A stretch of 62,948 nucleotides of DNA, filler included, from Reticulomyxa filosa (taxonomy: Eukaryota > Protista > Foraminifera), in assembly GCA_000512085.1 (NCBI GenBank). It is 21 parts of 21 records of this genome, joined end to end, with 100 filler letters (N's around TTAATTAATTAA, not from the genome) between each part and the next. Parts side by side here need not be neighbours in the genome. Positions count along the whole stretch, not along the records: positions 35,192 to 37,188 come from ASPP01038315.1; positions 37,289 to 38,295 come from ASPP01032734.1; positions 38,396 to 45,985 come from ASPP01007506.1; positions 46,086 to 50,518 come from ASPP01021518.1; 17 more parts are not named here. One strand, 5' to 3'. Below the pieces are notes generated by a model. The model was not told where the DNA came from and ran no database searches. It was given only the letters and a program-made list of their open reading frames with translations. This document shows positions 35,092 through 48,491 of this stretch, one piece after another (positions within the stretch are counted from its first letter, which is position 1; each line of letters begins with the position of its first letter). The position numbers were made by a program, and so were the translations under genes.

Positions 35092-38000
35092 NNNNNNNNN
35101 NNNNNNNNNNNNNNNNNNNNNNNNNNNNNNNNNNNTTAATTAATTAANNNNNNNNNNNNNNNNNNNNNNNNNNNNNNNNNNNNNNNNNNNNCCATAAAAA
35201 CGAAAAAGTCGAAGAAGAGGAGCTATAAAAAAAAATTAACGTCTAAATTGCAATTGAAATTGAGTACAAATGCAACCAGGATTAATGGAGGAGGAGAACA
35301 CTTTACTGTCCATGTTATGAACCCTATGATCGAATGAATGATGAGCAGCCATATCCACGCCTTGAAATGCGAACTGTTGGATTATATTTCGCTTTTGTAT
35401 TTTGAAGTAAATTTATATTTATGACCATTTTTCCAGATTTGCTTTTCGAACCGAATTAATCAATTATATTCTTTTCTATCAAAAAACAATGCTCAAGTGT
35501 ATGTGTATGTATATTTGTGTAATTTCTTTCTTTTGTTATTAGGACAACACTTTTATCAAAAACAAATATAAATAATAATAATAAACTTAAATATAGGATG
35601 CTACGTATGGCTTGTTTCTGCTGATTAATCAATATACGTATTTAAATAAATCTATTTAAAGAAGACGAGGTATTTATCAATTCTATAAAAAGAAGAAAGA
35701 AACTTAATATAGTTGACATTACAAATTTATCTTTATCTTATATTTATAATATTTATGAATGATGAAATAAAAACTTGTAACTTGATCTTTTTTTTTTGAC
35801 TAACTTCTATAAATGGAAACCAAAAAACATCACTTATGCCAAAAGTTAGAATTATTGCGGTCAAAAGATGAAGATAAAAGAGATAGTGCCTTTGAACTTG
35901 GGAAAAAGAAACTAGTATGTGAGTATCAAGTGGAAACATCATCTTTGGAAAAGTGTATTGGAAATATTAAAGATGAAATGACTTGGCAAAGAAAGATACT
36001 CTAACGTATTAATAATGGGCATTGTTAAGGCCAAGTCTAAAAGAGTTGTTCGACTATTTCCATTGATAGTTATTGACAGATTAAATGACAACTCTTTTTT
36101 ATCTCAAAAAAGATTATGTCAACATAGTTACATATATATATTACATATGTAATATAAGACTCATTCATCAAACAAACAACGTTGATAGAAACACTGTGAC
36201 AATGCTAGTGATTGTAATTTTTATGAAAAAAACACAATCAGCCCTTGCGCAATTTGAAGCTATTTGTGAATGAATTGATATTACGATCAGATTCTCAAGA
36301 TTTTTCAAATAGCTTTTTTTAAAGAAATAATAGAAAGTTGAGTTATAATAATACAAATGATGGTAATTGGCAGCGATTGTAAACACAATATAACGTTCGT
36401 ATTCGACAGCAGACACACATCAAGGAAGTTATTTAAAATGGCGTCTCCTCATGAGAGAGAAGACAGTGATAAAAAGATCCGCATAGTGAACTGGAAAAAA
36501 AATATATTATCGAACAAAATGAACGAATAAATAAAAAAAACTCTAGTATAAATAATGTTATAATTTCAAAGAAGACATTATTGAGAAAATGCTATAACAA
36601 AAAATAGTCGATAGCCAAAGTTGATATCAACTACCTTGATGGCGGTAGATCGGTTTGTAAGATTGTTATTAGATTATATGAAAAATGACACGTTTTACAA
36701 CATTGCCATCCACAGGATCAAGGTCAATAAATGTGTCAAAGTAAGTTTCCAAGCACAAACGGAAGCTTCTTATTTTCGGCATGATTTTGATTTGTTGATT
36801 TTAACTAAAAAAGAGCAAATGTAAGTAACTTGATTTATGAGTGCTTTTTTTGTACACAAATGGGTCTTCTCGTTAAAAATTAATTAATATTTGTCTCTGT
36901 ATGAAAGATAACATAATAATAAGGCAATCTTTTTTTTCAATTTTTTAAAAGGACATTGTATTTGATCAAAATGTAAACACTCTTTTTTAAAAGTATGACT
37001 CAAAACATTCTGATTAATCATAAAATTAAACAACTTTCTTTTTGCTGATAGTAAAAGAAGCCAAATACATATGATATCCATTAATAGCAATATTTTTATT
37101 TTATTTACGATAAAATAGGAAATTAAAGATGTTGATGAGCACTGTACTTCACCACATCCAAAGACTCACACAAACGTGACCAACAACTNNNNNNNNNNNN
37201 NNNNNNNNNNNNNNNNNNNNNNNNNNNNNNNNTTAATTAATTAANNNNNNNNNNNNNNNNNNNNNNNNNNNNNNNNNNNNNNNNNNNNTTAATTACGATT
37301 CGTTTATTTTTGATATTTTCAATAAAAAGACACAGTACGTGTATTTGTTTAGTTAAACTTTTTTTGGCTATGCACAACCCGAGAAGTAAGAACAGCATCA
37401 ATTGAAATGTCACATACAAGATAATCGAAAATAGATGCTTCTTTGCTTTACCTTGGGTTACTGGAAAATCCGATGCTTGGCCCAGTCTGCAAGGCTGATA
37501 TTGGTGTACGGAGGTCACAGCAATTTTGCTGCACCTACCTTCAATTGGATGTTGAATTTAAATTTGGTTTGGAATTTCCAAATCGCCCTTATCTGCAATT
37601 CAAATAACCAGGAATCCACAATTGCTATCTTCACTACGAATACAATATTAGTCCTATTTTATTTGATGTAATACCTTTATCACGCACTCCAAACTTTTAG
37701 TTTTTCAAAACAAAAAAAAACGAAAAATAGGTAAGTTAACTTGACGGAGCGATATCGATACTCAATCGCTCGTAATCATAGCACCAACAACTTGAACAGT
37801 AACAACAGGTAACAACTTCAAAAGAAAGGGAGAAAAAGTTCAACCTTCAACTTTTAAATTCGTACAAAGCACTCCTTTTGACACGAGATGTTCGGCAGTC
37901 TGTAGATGATGATGTATATCATGCATCCTTATTTGAGGTTTCAAACCAGGTTTTTATTTAAAAAACAGTGGAGGGAAAATTTATAAAAGGGAAACAATGG

Positions 38001-38466
38001 AGCAAAGAGGGAAAAACAAGTGCAAAAGGGAAAAAAAAACAAGAATCAAACGATAAATTATCTGGAATAATGACAATACTACTAATCGATACCATAATCT
38101 CCATAATAACTCCATATCAATCTATTTACAAAAAAAAAGCACTAAATTAGTATCAATGAAATGCAAGTATTAATCAAGCAGAAATAACTTTGAGATTCGG
38201 ATAAATGTCGTATGACGGCCGTCGTCAGCCCAGTAGGCGCTTTTATCGTCCTCGTATGGCCTCTACATCCCTCTGTTAGCACGGCGCACTGCCGGNNNNN
38301 NNNNNNNNNNNNNNNNNNNNNNNNNNNNNNNNNNNNNNNTTAATTAATTAANNNNNNNNNNNNNNNNNNNNNNNNNNNNNNNNNNNNNNNNNNNNCCCCC
38401 CCCCCCCCCCCCCAAAAAAAAAAAAAAAAAAAAAAAAAACTACAAATTGCCACTTTAAAAAACTAG

Positions 38467-39576
38467 AAAAAGCAAACCGCAGCTGAACTGATGCAAAAAA
38501 TTCATGAGGGAGCATTCCCAATGGGATTCGTGGAATCTTTTCGTAACTATGTTAAAAAACAAGAAAGTTTAGTTGCAGAGTTCCGACAATCAGTAGTTCG
38601 CAAACGACAAAATTTGGAAGAAGCCGCCCAAGCAATTCAGTCTCATGTGGAACATCACCAAAAACAAGTATTTATTTGCTTTTTTTTTTTTTTGGCAAAT
38701 ATATGTAAATATATGTATATGTATACATTATTATGTATATACACACATGTATACACACATATGTATATATAAAAGAACTTTTCTCGCTATTGATACCCCT
38801 TTTTTTGTTGTTTGAAATGAATGAATAAATATTGGACTTGGGTGCAAACTGAAATGCATAGGATATGATTGCCTTGCAAAAATATGAAAAATTTAATGAA
38901 GATCGACAAATATTACAACTGAATGATCGAAGACTTCGGTTGCGACAGCACAAAATGTGTAGTCAATTGATACATATCTTCCCCATTGGAATGAAACATG
39001 AAGAGAACAACGGGACATTTCGCGTCCATAGCTACACAATTCGAAGTCGAGAATTACCTGGAAGTGTCGACAAAGTAATGGAATTAATCGGTACTAACAA
39101 AGAAGAAGAAATGAACATTGGCCTGGGACACATTGCACATTTGTGTATGTTGTTGTGTCGTTATCTGTACATTCCATTGAGACATCCCATTGAGTATCGT
39201 GGAAGCCGATCTTATATTATTGATTGTTTCATTGAAGCCGAAACTTAGTTTTGTTTTTAAAATAAATAAATAAATCTTTTTGCTGTAATGTTTATATTGC
39301 ATATACATATACATTTATATAATATATGTATATGTATATATTTGTGTGTATGTCTTACAGTGCATCGCGCAGAGAAGGTAAAAAACTAAATGGGACCCCA
39401 GATATCCTTTGTTTAGCAAAGATGTTCAACGTGCTCGTTTCAGACGTGGAGTTGATTTGCTCGCTGAAAATATTGCCGGCTTGTGTACTCAATGTAAAAT
39501 TAAGGACTACAAACCCGCCAATTTTATACATAATATTCGAAATGTTTTGTATGTCATGGCCTTGACTAGATTTTAA
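38467..39576 (+). CDS. UVRAG: UVRAG/Vps38 (Atg14-family) protein, 3' exons
   Basis: Coiled coil, then IGLGHIAHLCMLLCRYLYIPLRHPIEYRGSRSYIID and a last exon RYPLFSKDVQRARFRRGVDLLAENIAGL. Confidence 0.75.
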
Positions 39577-40264
39577 ATTTTTTTTTTTTTTGAAAAATAA
39601 CAAGAGAATATTGGCAAATTGAAACAAACAAAAAAAAAAAAATAACGATCGAGTTTTTCCTTTGTTCATTTTCCTCTCCCTTTTTCCCTCTTCATTGGCC
39701 ATTTTGTGACTCCATATTTCCTTGTGTGAAGTGTACTCTTTTTTCTCCTTTTTCAAAATTTTATCCGTTCGGGCTTTGCCCAGGAGGAAAAAAAAAAGAC
39801 TACGTCGGGTTGTGTTTGTCTTCGACAAAAAGACTCTTCACAGAGCATTTGAAAGAATTACGTTTAACAATTAAATTTGTTTGTCCTTTGTTAGATGTGT
39901 GGCTTTTTGTTCCCTTCCCCTTTTCTAATTTTCATAGTAATTAGTTGTGAACACGAAAATTTTCCTTAAAATGTGAACACACTTTGAATTGAAAGGAAAT
40001 TTGTTCTTGTTTTTGTTATTTTTTAATCACAAACAATCCAACTTCTCCCTCGTTTATTTTAAACCAAGGTAATAGATGGGCTATGGAAACATTAAGACTG
40101 TCTTTTTTTCCCGTAAACACAGAAAATTGTCAGAAAGTTCTTGCATGTTTCAATAGGATGAAATACAAACGTATTCAACATCAATAAATCTTTTATTATA
40201 AAAAAAAAGGCATAATCAAAGGGAATAACCATTTTTCACGATTGCTTGTTGTGAATAGCATAAA

Positions 40265-40498
40265 TTATACCCAAATTCGTGCCCACAGGAGGAGGAATAA
40301 AAATCCAGGTCCCAGGAAAGCGCTGGCAATAATTGCCAAAAAAATTTCCTTGGGGCATGACCGATCCTTTGAGGAATGAGAGCATTGATAAACAAACAGC
40401 ATGACTGTAAATACTAGCCCCAACGACATGAAAACTACAAACAAGCTGAAGAAGCTTGCTGGATCGACTGGTGGAACTAACGGGACTTCATTTGCCAT
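40265..40498 (-). CDS. TMEM258: Oligosaccharyltransferase subunit OST5/TMEM258
   Basis: 77 aa, PVDP N-terminus, two TM helices, KE...A..AS.FLG.G.LFLLLW..IWV C-terminus. Confidence 0.88.
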   Translation of the reverse strand: MANEVPLVPPVDPASFFSLFVVFMSLGLVFTVMLFVYQCSHSSKDRSCPKEIFLAIIASAFLGPGFLFLLLWARIWV

Positions 40499-40971
40499 TT
40501 CTACACTTTAAAGTATTCACAAGATGCTCGGATAAATCAAAGGTTATTCGAAAATATTTTAATTATTGTTATTAGTTTTTGGTTTCCCCTCTTTTTGAAC
40601 AGCTTAGTTTGCCCTCTTGAAAAAAAAATCATGCAAAAAATAGCAAAGTCGTTTCTAGTTTGTAATGATATTTACATTTCACAGAATCATATTTTTTTGT
40701 ATTGATGAATAATTTTTTATAATTACGAAGTACAAGACCAATATACGGTTTTATTTATTGGTAAATTATCGAAATTGTTGTCATTTAGAGAACTCAGAAA
40801 TAAAAGTTCAAATTAAAATCAATACCACCCAACAAATCTCTTGCCAACACTTAGGACAACAAAAAAGGTGAATTTATTGCTTCTAGGAAAAAAATTTAAG
40901 CGGCGCATGTCTTCAGAATTGCATTTGTAGTTTTTTTTCCCAAACATCCACCCGCGAATCCGCACTTTAAA

Positions 40972-41364
40972 TTAGATGAGTAATTTTTCAACTTGAAGGT
41001 TCATTTTGTCGATTTGGCTGTCCAATTGTGATCCCTCAGTCTCAGCCTCAGTAATGCTGCAACAAATCACAGGTCGAGTAACACCGCATGATCTGCCCAA
41101 AGACAATTTACTAGGTACAAACACATAACGAACATTTTTATCCTCACACAACAATGGAATTTGCATCAAGATCTCAATCGGATCAGCGTCAGCAGCCATT
41201 ACAATTAATTTGGCCGAACCACGGTTCAGTGTCTTTGTTGCCTCATTTGCACCGCGTTTCAATTGTTTATAGTTTGCTGCTTGTTGGACTAATTCCAGTA
41301 TTTGCTTCGACAACTCTGGAGGAGCTAAAGGGAATGCTTTTGGATTTGGTTTGCCTTGACTCAT
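40972..41364 (-). CDS. SNU13: Snu13/15.5K kink-turn binding protein
   Basis: [58 protein letters not shown]. Confidence 0.97.
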   Translation of the reverse strand: MSQGKPNPKAFPLAPPELSKQILELVQQAANYKQLKRGANEATKTLNRGSAKLIVMAADADPIEILMQIPLLCEDKNVRYVFVPSKLSLGRSCGVTRPVICCSITEAETEGSQLDSQIDKMNLQVEKLLI

Positions 41365-41701
41365 TATTTCACAACAGTGGAATTAAATTCAGAAAGAAAT
41401 TTAACACAAGCTTCTCAACTTTTCAAATATCAATGCAAAAGTCTCATTGAAGCAAAAAAAAAAAAACGACCTTTTTCAGGGAACACATAGCTATGTCGTT
41501 GTGCAAAAAAACTTATTAATATTTTGAAGGATTATATTCCAGCCTTACAATAGAAACTCTTTCCTTGTAATGAAAAATATAGAAGACTGTATTTTTGCAG
41601 ATAGCCGCATTTTTCATCGATTCATCCAGGAGTGCATTAACAAGCAGAACTACAAAACCAAAGGTTTGTAGCGAGCAACGGGACTAAAATAAAAAAAAAA
41701 A

Positions 41702-42771
41702 ATGACTACACTTCTCAATCGACCTGTAAGGGATTGGATAGCAACTTGCGTCCAAGTGATAGTATTTTTGTTCATCATTGGGGTCTGGATAGTTTTGTTT
41801 TATGAGCTGCTAAAACAGGAGAGTTTGAAGCGCTCAAGGTCGCCAAGTAGTAGTAAATCGCTAAGTTCCAACAGTAACCCAAGGCTCGGCTCAAAAAAAG
41901 TGAAGTGGTTGGGGTGTGTGACGATAGTGCAGTTGGTGGTGATAAGTTCAAGTTTTATATTAACAAAGGAGATTCTGTCGACAATAGATTGGTTGCTATG
42001 GCTAAAAACAAGTGGAAGTTTCAATCAAGATTCAGGATTGATACTGGGCACTGATTTATGTTTTGCACTGTCATTATTTTTTATGCAGACACTATTTGTG
42101 GAGAGGTTGTATGCGTCACTACGCGATACGGTCTATGGATACAGTACTATGACGTACTGGTGTTTGCGAGCAATGACAATACCAATATTGGCTTTTGGGA
42201 TTGCCCTTGCGTACTTTGAATTTTCGCAAAACGCTGATTCCTTAAGTGTTTCTATGCTCCTGTTATGTATCTCTATGTTTGTCAATACATTTGCGGTCAC
42301 TTATCTGCTAAATAAGTCCTTGTCTAAAATATTGGATCGTTTTGCCATGTCTCAAACTAAGACTCTAAATGCACTAATTCGTCTCACTATTGTTTCTTCA
42401 TTTGCTCTCGGTTAACATATATTCATATATTCATATATGTATGTATATATTTTATTACACTTGTGTATATAAATGTACATATAATGCTTCTAACGTATTG
42501 GAACAAAATAGGGAGCACCACATTAATGCTGATCTCTGGATCAATCGCATACTATCTTTGCATATTTTGCGACGCTTCTTATGTTTATTATTGTTTATAT
42601 CCTGTCGATTCTTGTATCAATATCTCTTCGTTGTTTTTTAGTCTTAAGTTCGGCGAAAAATATTATTTCAAATTATTTGGCTCAGTCCATCATTACTTTT
42701 TTCAAAAATTTGTGGAAAAGCACAAATCTCGTACCTCAGTTGTGCTCAGCACTACTCTAGAGTCACCTTGA
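41702..42771 (+). CDS. Serpentine (7TM-like) membrane protein (2 exons)
   Basis: Seven hydrophobic segments across ORFs 41702-42415 and 42463-42771, with a TA-rich intron between them. RL...L.DT.YGYS and DSCIN...FSLKF...Y motifs. Confidence 0.7.
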
Positions 42772-44998
42772 GTTCCTCTTTTATTTTTTGTTTTTGTTTG
42801 CTTTTTTTAATGCTTATTCATTCAATAAACACTAGCTTTTGGGAGACTTATTTCAATTTTGTGCTATGTATATTTTTTTGTCAGTTCCACATTTTTGTTG
42901 CTTTGTTTTATACTTTTCTGATTTTCTTCGGGGGTACATTGATTTAGTTCACCTTCGTGAGTCTTTGCTTGGATCACTGTCAAACTTTTTGTAAAATTTT
43001 TTTTACTACATTTTTTGTGGTTATGTTGGCTTGCTTATACATTCACTTGTCCTCAACACTCTGGATTTTTACATCGTTTGAAATGGTCATTCGCAAACAC
43101 TAAATTGATCAAATACTTCTTTTTTCATTCAGATTTTATCTTTTTTTTGAAACAAAAAGAAAATGTTATAAAAAATATTATGCACGCGATGAAATTCAGC
43201 ATATAATTACATTTTAAAACTGACAGTATTGCGTGAAAATAGAACCAAATGTTGCCCAAGTCAAGTGCCTTACATTTATATATTTATCATTTTTTTTAAA
43301 TACTAATCATGTGTACATGACAAATAAAAATGATAAACATTTACACTATTTTCATTTTACACTAGTATCAATTCTTTTTTTTCTTTTGAAATTTTACAAA
43401 ATACTTATTTTCAGTTTTGTGATAAAACCTTTCATGACAGAATAACTCATCAACTTCTGTTGGTGTTGTTTGTTCAACAAAAAAGTATATTACAATTTCC
43501 AGACAAAACAACTCCAAAACTTATGTGTAATATTTAAATAAGTTGAAGTTCTGGCGTATATTTTTATTCTAAGCTTGCAAAACTATTGTATAAAGGCTAG
43601 TCAAGTGATAGATTGACAAATAATTGCAACACAATGATCTATCATGTTTTTATCTTCTGTACATCAGATTATATAACGCTTTTAATTTTTTCAAAAAAAG
43701 ACGACAAACTTGCTGAATTTTCTTTTCGTACATGGAACAATAATTAGTAAAAAGATAAAAACTTGGAATGTCCTTTCAAATCCTCTAATTTTTGCCAAAA
43801 ATGGTTATGCACTTTGTTGTTTTTGATTAAGTCGCTATATATTGAAACTGTTGATATATTTTCTAGTTATTCTGACTGTACCCTGAGGATAATGGAGAGT
43901 TCAGCAGGTTCTCTACTGATTTAAACAGGACAGATTTATGAATTATGTGTAATTTTCAATTTGGATTAGTAAAATTTCAGTTAAGTTTGTTAAATATCTG
44001 AAGAATCAAACTTTTAATTTGTAAAAACTATATTCCTCGAATGTGGCAAGAAAAAAATTAAGATTAAACGGAAATGAATTCCCATTAATTTCACATGTAA
44101 TGACTCTAATTTTATTATCTATGTGAAGGAAATGAAAAGAAACAAAAATCTTTTGTGTTTTGTTTGATGTTCCACTAGATAATTGTTATTGTTTTCTTAA
44201 AAGAATATTGCTAACTTTTGTCGACTTACTTTTTTAACGATAAATGAAAAAAATTAATGTTTAACATAACTTTCGTCAGCAAAATTGACAATTTTGCGAC
44301 TGCAAATGCAGCGCATTTGATTCTTAAAAAAATATTATAAAAAGTGCGATTCATGTGATGTAATCAAGACATGTAATTATATTTCACAATTGCGTATAGA
44401 ATCAATTGTTGTACAATTAAAGATCATCCGGCTTATATATGTATTTTTCAAGTTTATTATAACTGACATTACACAGAAAAAAGTAAATATAACTATTTTC
44501 ATTTTACATTGGCCACACTTCTTTTTTTGAAATTTTTACAAAATGTTTTATTCTATACAAATTCGTTTGATCTTTCAAAAAAAAAATAATTAATTTTTAG
44601 TTTGTTATAATATCTTTTGCATAGAATAATACAATGAAATTCTTTGAGTCATTCGATTTTTGCACAAAAGTATTTCCAAATAAAATTTGAAAAATATTTT
44701 CTTGGAACATGTCCACCTAGGTACAATGTTAAGCACTGTCAGTTGTGCATTTTGAAAGATATGAATGTAACACGATTATTGCTTTGAAGACTGTTCAATA
44801 TATAAAGAATTAAATTTTCAACGTGTAAAAGCTGAATTAAGATTAAATAGACATGAATTTTCCATCAATTTAATTCCTCATGTGATTCCATACTTTGCAA
44901 AGAGATATCTTTTCTTTTGTCGATAATTGTTACTGTTTTTAACACAAACAAGCACAAGAAGAAAATTTTTTTAAAAAAAATTCAGTGAATTCATCAGA

Positions 44999-45479
44999 AT
45001 GATGCTAGTGTTCTTAGTAACGCTATTGGATTTAGCATGGTTGGTATGCCTGCAATCGTTATTGATATGTTTTTTTTTGAACTATCGTTGGACGAATCAT
45101 AATTATCTGATGAAGGGACGCGTTCCTTCGCACGTGTATATAACGACCCTGGCGCTGTCGTATTCGTTGTTGATGGAACCAATCGGGTTGTATGAAGCAA
45201 CGAAAACAGTAGGGCCGATCGTGATAATAGGGACATGTCACGTGAGCATATTCATAGTAGTGGCGGTGTTGGTGTTACGTATCTACACAGTGTATCGACG
45301 ATTGCAAGCGGAGCACCAAAGCGTGTTAAATCGACTTCAAAACAAGATCTTTGAAACGGAGTTGTCGGAGCAGCGTTCCGTATTAAAGATAAGTTCGATT
45401 CAGCTGGCAAAGTCAAGAAGATTATCGACTATAATTTTAGAAGAATCACAATCCAATAGTGACGATAATGACGACAATG

Positions 45480-45518
<39 letters not shown>

Positions 45519-45985
45519 TTATGATAATAATAATAATGATAATAATAATAATAATAACAATAATAAGGACGAAAAGTCCAATTCAAACAATGGAAAAGAA
45601 TCATCTCCTCCAATGTTTCCCTTGGACCCGTCAGAGATGGTTCTGCCCGATATTCAGACATCGACCAGCCGCGTGCAAAGTCAGTCGGTGTCGATGAAGA
45701 TGAACCCTTCGAAGCCCAAATCGATCGACACGATCATGCAAGGCATGGCCAACAGCGCCAGCTCGCCGCGATTCAACCACGGCGACGCGGTGATGGGCAC
45801 TGCGACGACGACAGCAGCAGTATCAGCGACGACAGCGATAAACACCATCACACCTATGGCGATAGCAACCAATGAATCGAACTGTTTCCAGCGTTGTGAG
45901 CAGCGTTTGTTTTCCGTTCGTTTCAAACTTGTTTTCTCCGTTTATGCTGCATTTATACTTATCCAAGGATTCATCCTTTTTTTTT
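44999..45985 (+). CDS. Multi-pass membrane protein with Asn-rich loop (partial; apparent frameshift in the AAT repeat)
   Basis: Three N-terminal TM helices, a poly-N loop, and continuation in ORF 45613 with a further TM helix at the contig end. Confidence 0.55.
45477..45566. repeat. (AAT)n microsatellite within coding sequence
   Basis: Roughly 28 AAT-like units, directly visible. Confidence 0.95.
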
Positions 45986-46615
45986 NNNNNNNNNNNNNNN
46001 NNNNNNNNNNNNNNNNNNNNNNNNNNNNNTTAATTAATTAANNNNNNNNNNNNNNNNNNNNNNNNNNNNNNNNNNNNNNNNNNNNACACAACCTCACTTT
46101 CATTCAAATAGAGGATTTAATCTTACTTCGTACGAGCTTATGTTTTCAATAGGTTTTAATTTACATTTTTCTTTTTGGGTGTATATTTATGAAGCTTGTG
46201 AGTAACTAAATAAAAATAAAAGAACAAAAATTAAGTTCTGAAAGTGAACTGCACAAGCAAAGGATAAATGTGGATAATAAAAAAGCATCAAAGATTCATG
46301 CAAATGGCATGATAGTGATTTGATGTAGTGTAATGTTATATATACTATTTGGCAAGATTTTCGAGGTTATGAACATATACATGTACGTATATGCATACAT
46401 ATATATAACCGCGATTATTTTGGCACAGAACAATGTCGTAACATTATTGTATCTGTGATGACCATGGGACCAACATCACGATAATTTGGAGTAGAATTTG
46501 TGAAGCATATGTCCGCACATGGATCGGTTGAATTTCTGTGAGTTGAATAAAGTTTAAAAAAAAAAAAAGAAAGTTTGACAAAAAAAAAAGTGTCCCACCC
46601 AATCAAAAAAAAATT

Positions 46616-48459
46616 TCAAAGTATGATCGAAAACTGAGAAAAAAAAGGATGACATGTCGAATTAAATGCAAGTGAATGTTGGTTGTTGAACGCATCCCAA
46701 AGCAAATGAACGTTTCCGGCAGTACACTCACCGGCCAACCAAGAATCACAAACACCATCCAGCAAAGTCGCGTTTGGGAATGGCAAAGGGCAGTCGAAAT
46801 TGCAATTGCGTGCAAATGCGAACGAGGCGTTGTTTTCGCAGTCGATTTGCGCATAGTGTTGCGTTTGATCGTGGTGGCTTTGGTAGGGATCCGTGCATTG
46901 GTCGGTGTTTCCAAGCAAAACACAGCATAACAACATACAGGCCTGGCGATAATGAACCGGCTGTTTCAAGTGTCGCTTCTCGTGTTCCAAGTTGATTGCA
47001 TTTGTGGTGGGGCTCGTGGCATTGCTCAAAGTCTGGCTTGTGCTATGGATGTCACTTGCATGCAAATTCAATTCGATGCCCGAGTTCATTAGTGTGTCGT
47101 TATCCACATGCGTCTTGCCATCTTCGGTGCAATCATCACCCAATATGAACATGTCGCTGCTGCTTTCGCTTACGTGTGAATTGTTTCTTTGATGTTCCCG
47201 AGGGTGCACGAATATGTATTTATGTATACATATATGTATACGTATAAAAGAGGGGAGGGGGAGGAAGTGAGAGAAGGAACAGAAAAGGGAGATTTAACAT
47301 TTAAATATACAACAAAAAAAAAAAAAAAAAAAATAGTTCCAAACATAAAAGTGCTATGATTGGATAATTCGGTCATCACAGAATAATATGCAGGATGGCT
47401 ATTTGCAATGTTCATAGCTTGTAAGCGTTTACACACTACGTCTTTCAGCTCATCAATAGACAACGTATAATCACTTAAATTCAACACATTCTTGTTTTTT
47501 CCAAAACACACATATGTGTACATATGTCACGATAATATTAAAAATAACCAATCAAACAAACAAATATATGTGTATACATATATATATATATATATGTATA
47601 ATTAACAGTTTGTTTGTATCGGTGGATCGCAGCACTTATTTGTGGGACTTGCTCAGACAACCACTGCTTCCTACAGCGACGGTTATTTCTGGAGGCTTCG
47701 GCAGATCGGCGATTGCGCGCTTTCCTCTGAAGTTGTTGCTTTTCGCGTATTTCTGCCTCTGTCGCGTCTGGATACTGGCTGACGATTTTTCGATTGATAC
47801 TTCGAGGCTTACGATGTTTTTTGTTTTCGTTCTTTTTGTCGTATTGGTGTTGATGTCCATATTCACATTCATGTCCATGTTCATTTTCTTGTTCGTGTCC
47901 ATTTTCTTGTCGTTCAACTTGTCCCTGTTGTTCTTGTTGTTTTTGTTGTTCTTGTTGTCCTTGCTGTTCTTGCTGTTCTTGCTGTTCTTGCTGTTCTTGT
48001 TGCTGTGGCTCATATCGGCTAAACATATCGAGTATTTGTGGAGGTAATGTCAACAAAGCTAAGGAAAAGATTGACTCACTTTCATCGGGCTGATTTTCCA
48101 TTTTCAATCGCTTTGTGCGCAAGTGTATATTTGGACTGGCGACAACGGCCTCAGACACCGCGTCCATCTCATTGCCATTGCAAAAGTGGTGGCCACTGGA
48201 ATACTGTTCGAACCCCCGTTTGCGGGCGCAGCCGCTCTTAGATACGTGTTGACTGCGTGTCTTCGACGCATTCCTTTTCAGCTCGTAATACTTTTGCTGA
48301 CAACTGGCAGGAGTCCGTCCGGGCAATTGGTTCGAAATTTCCTCCCAATTTATTTCCCCATTTTCCGTCGATGCACTTTCGATATTTTCCAACAAACTTT
48401 GTGTTTCTCCTTCTGTCCAGCGACGTCGAGATGTTTTCTCTTCATTATATATATACATG

Positions 48460-48491
<32 letters not shown>

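Noticed and set aside
45510-45570. Poly-Ile transmembrane segment in ORF 44999-45697, or a programmed frameshift
   Set aside because: It is the AAT repeat read out of frame after an indel; the poly-Asn frame joins ORF 45613. Most likely a sequence error or slippage.
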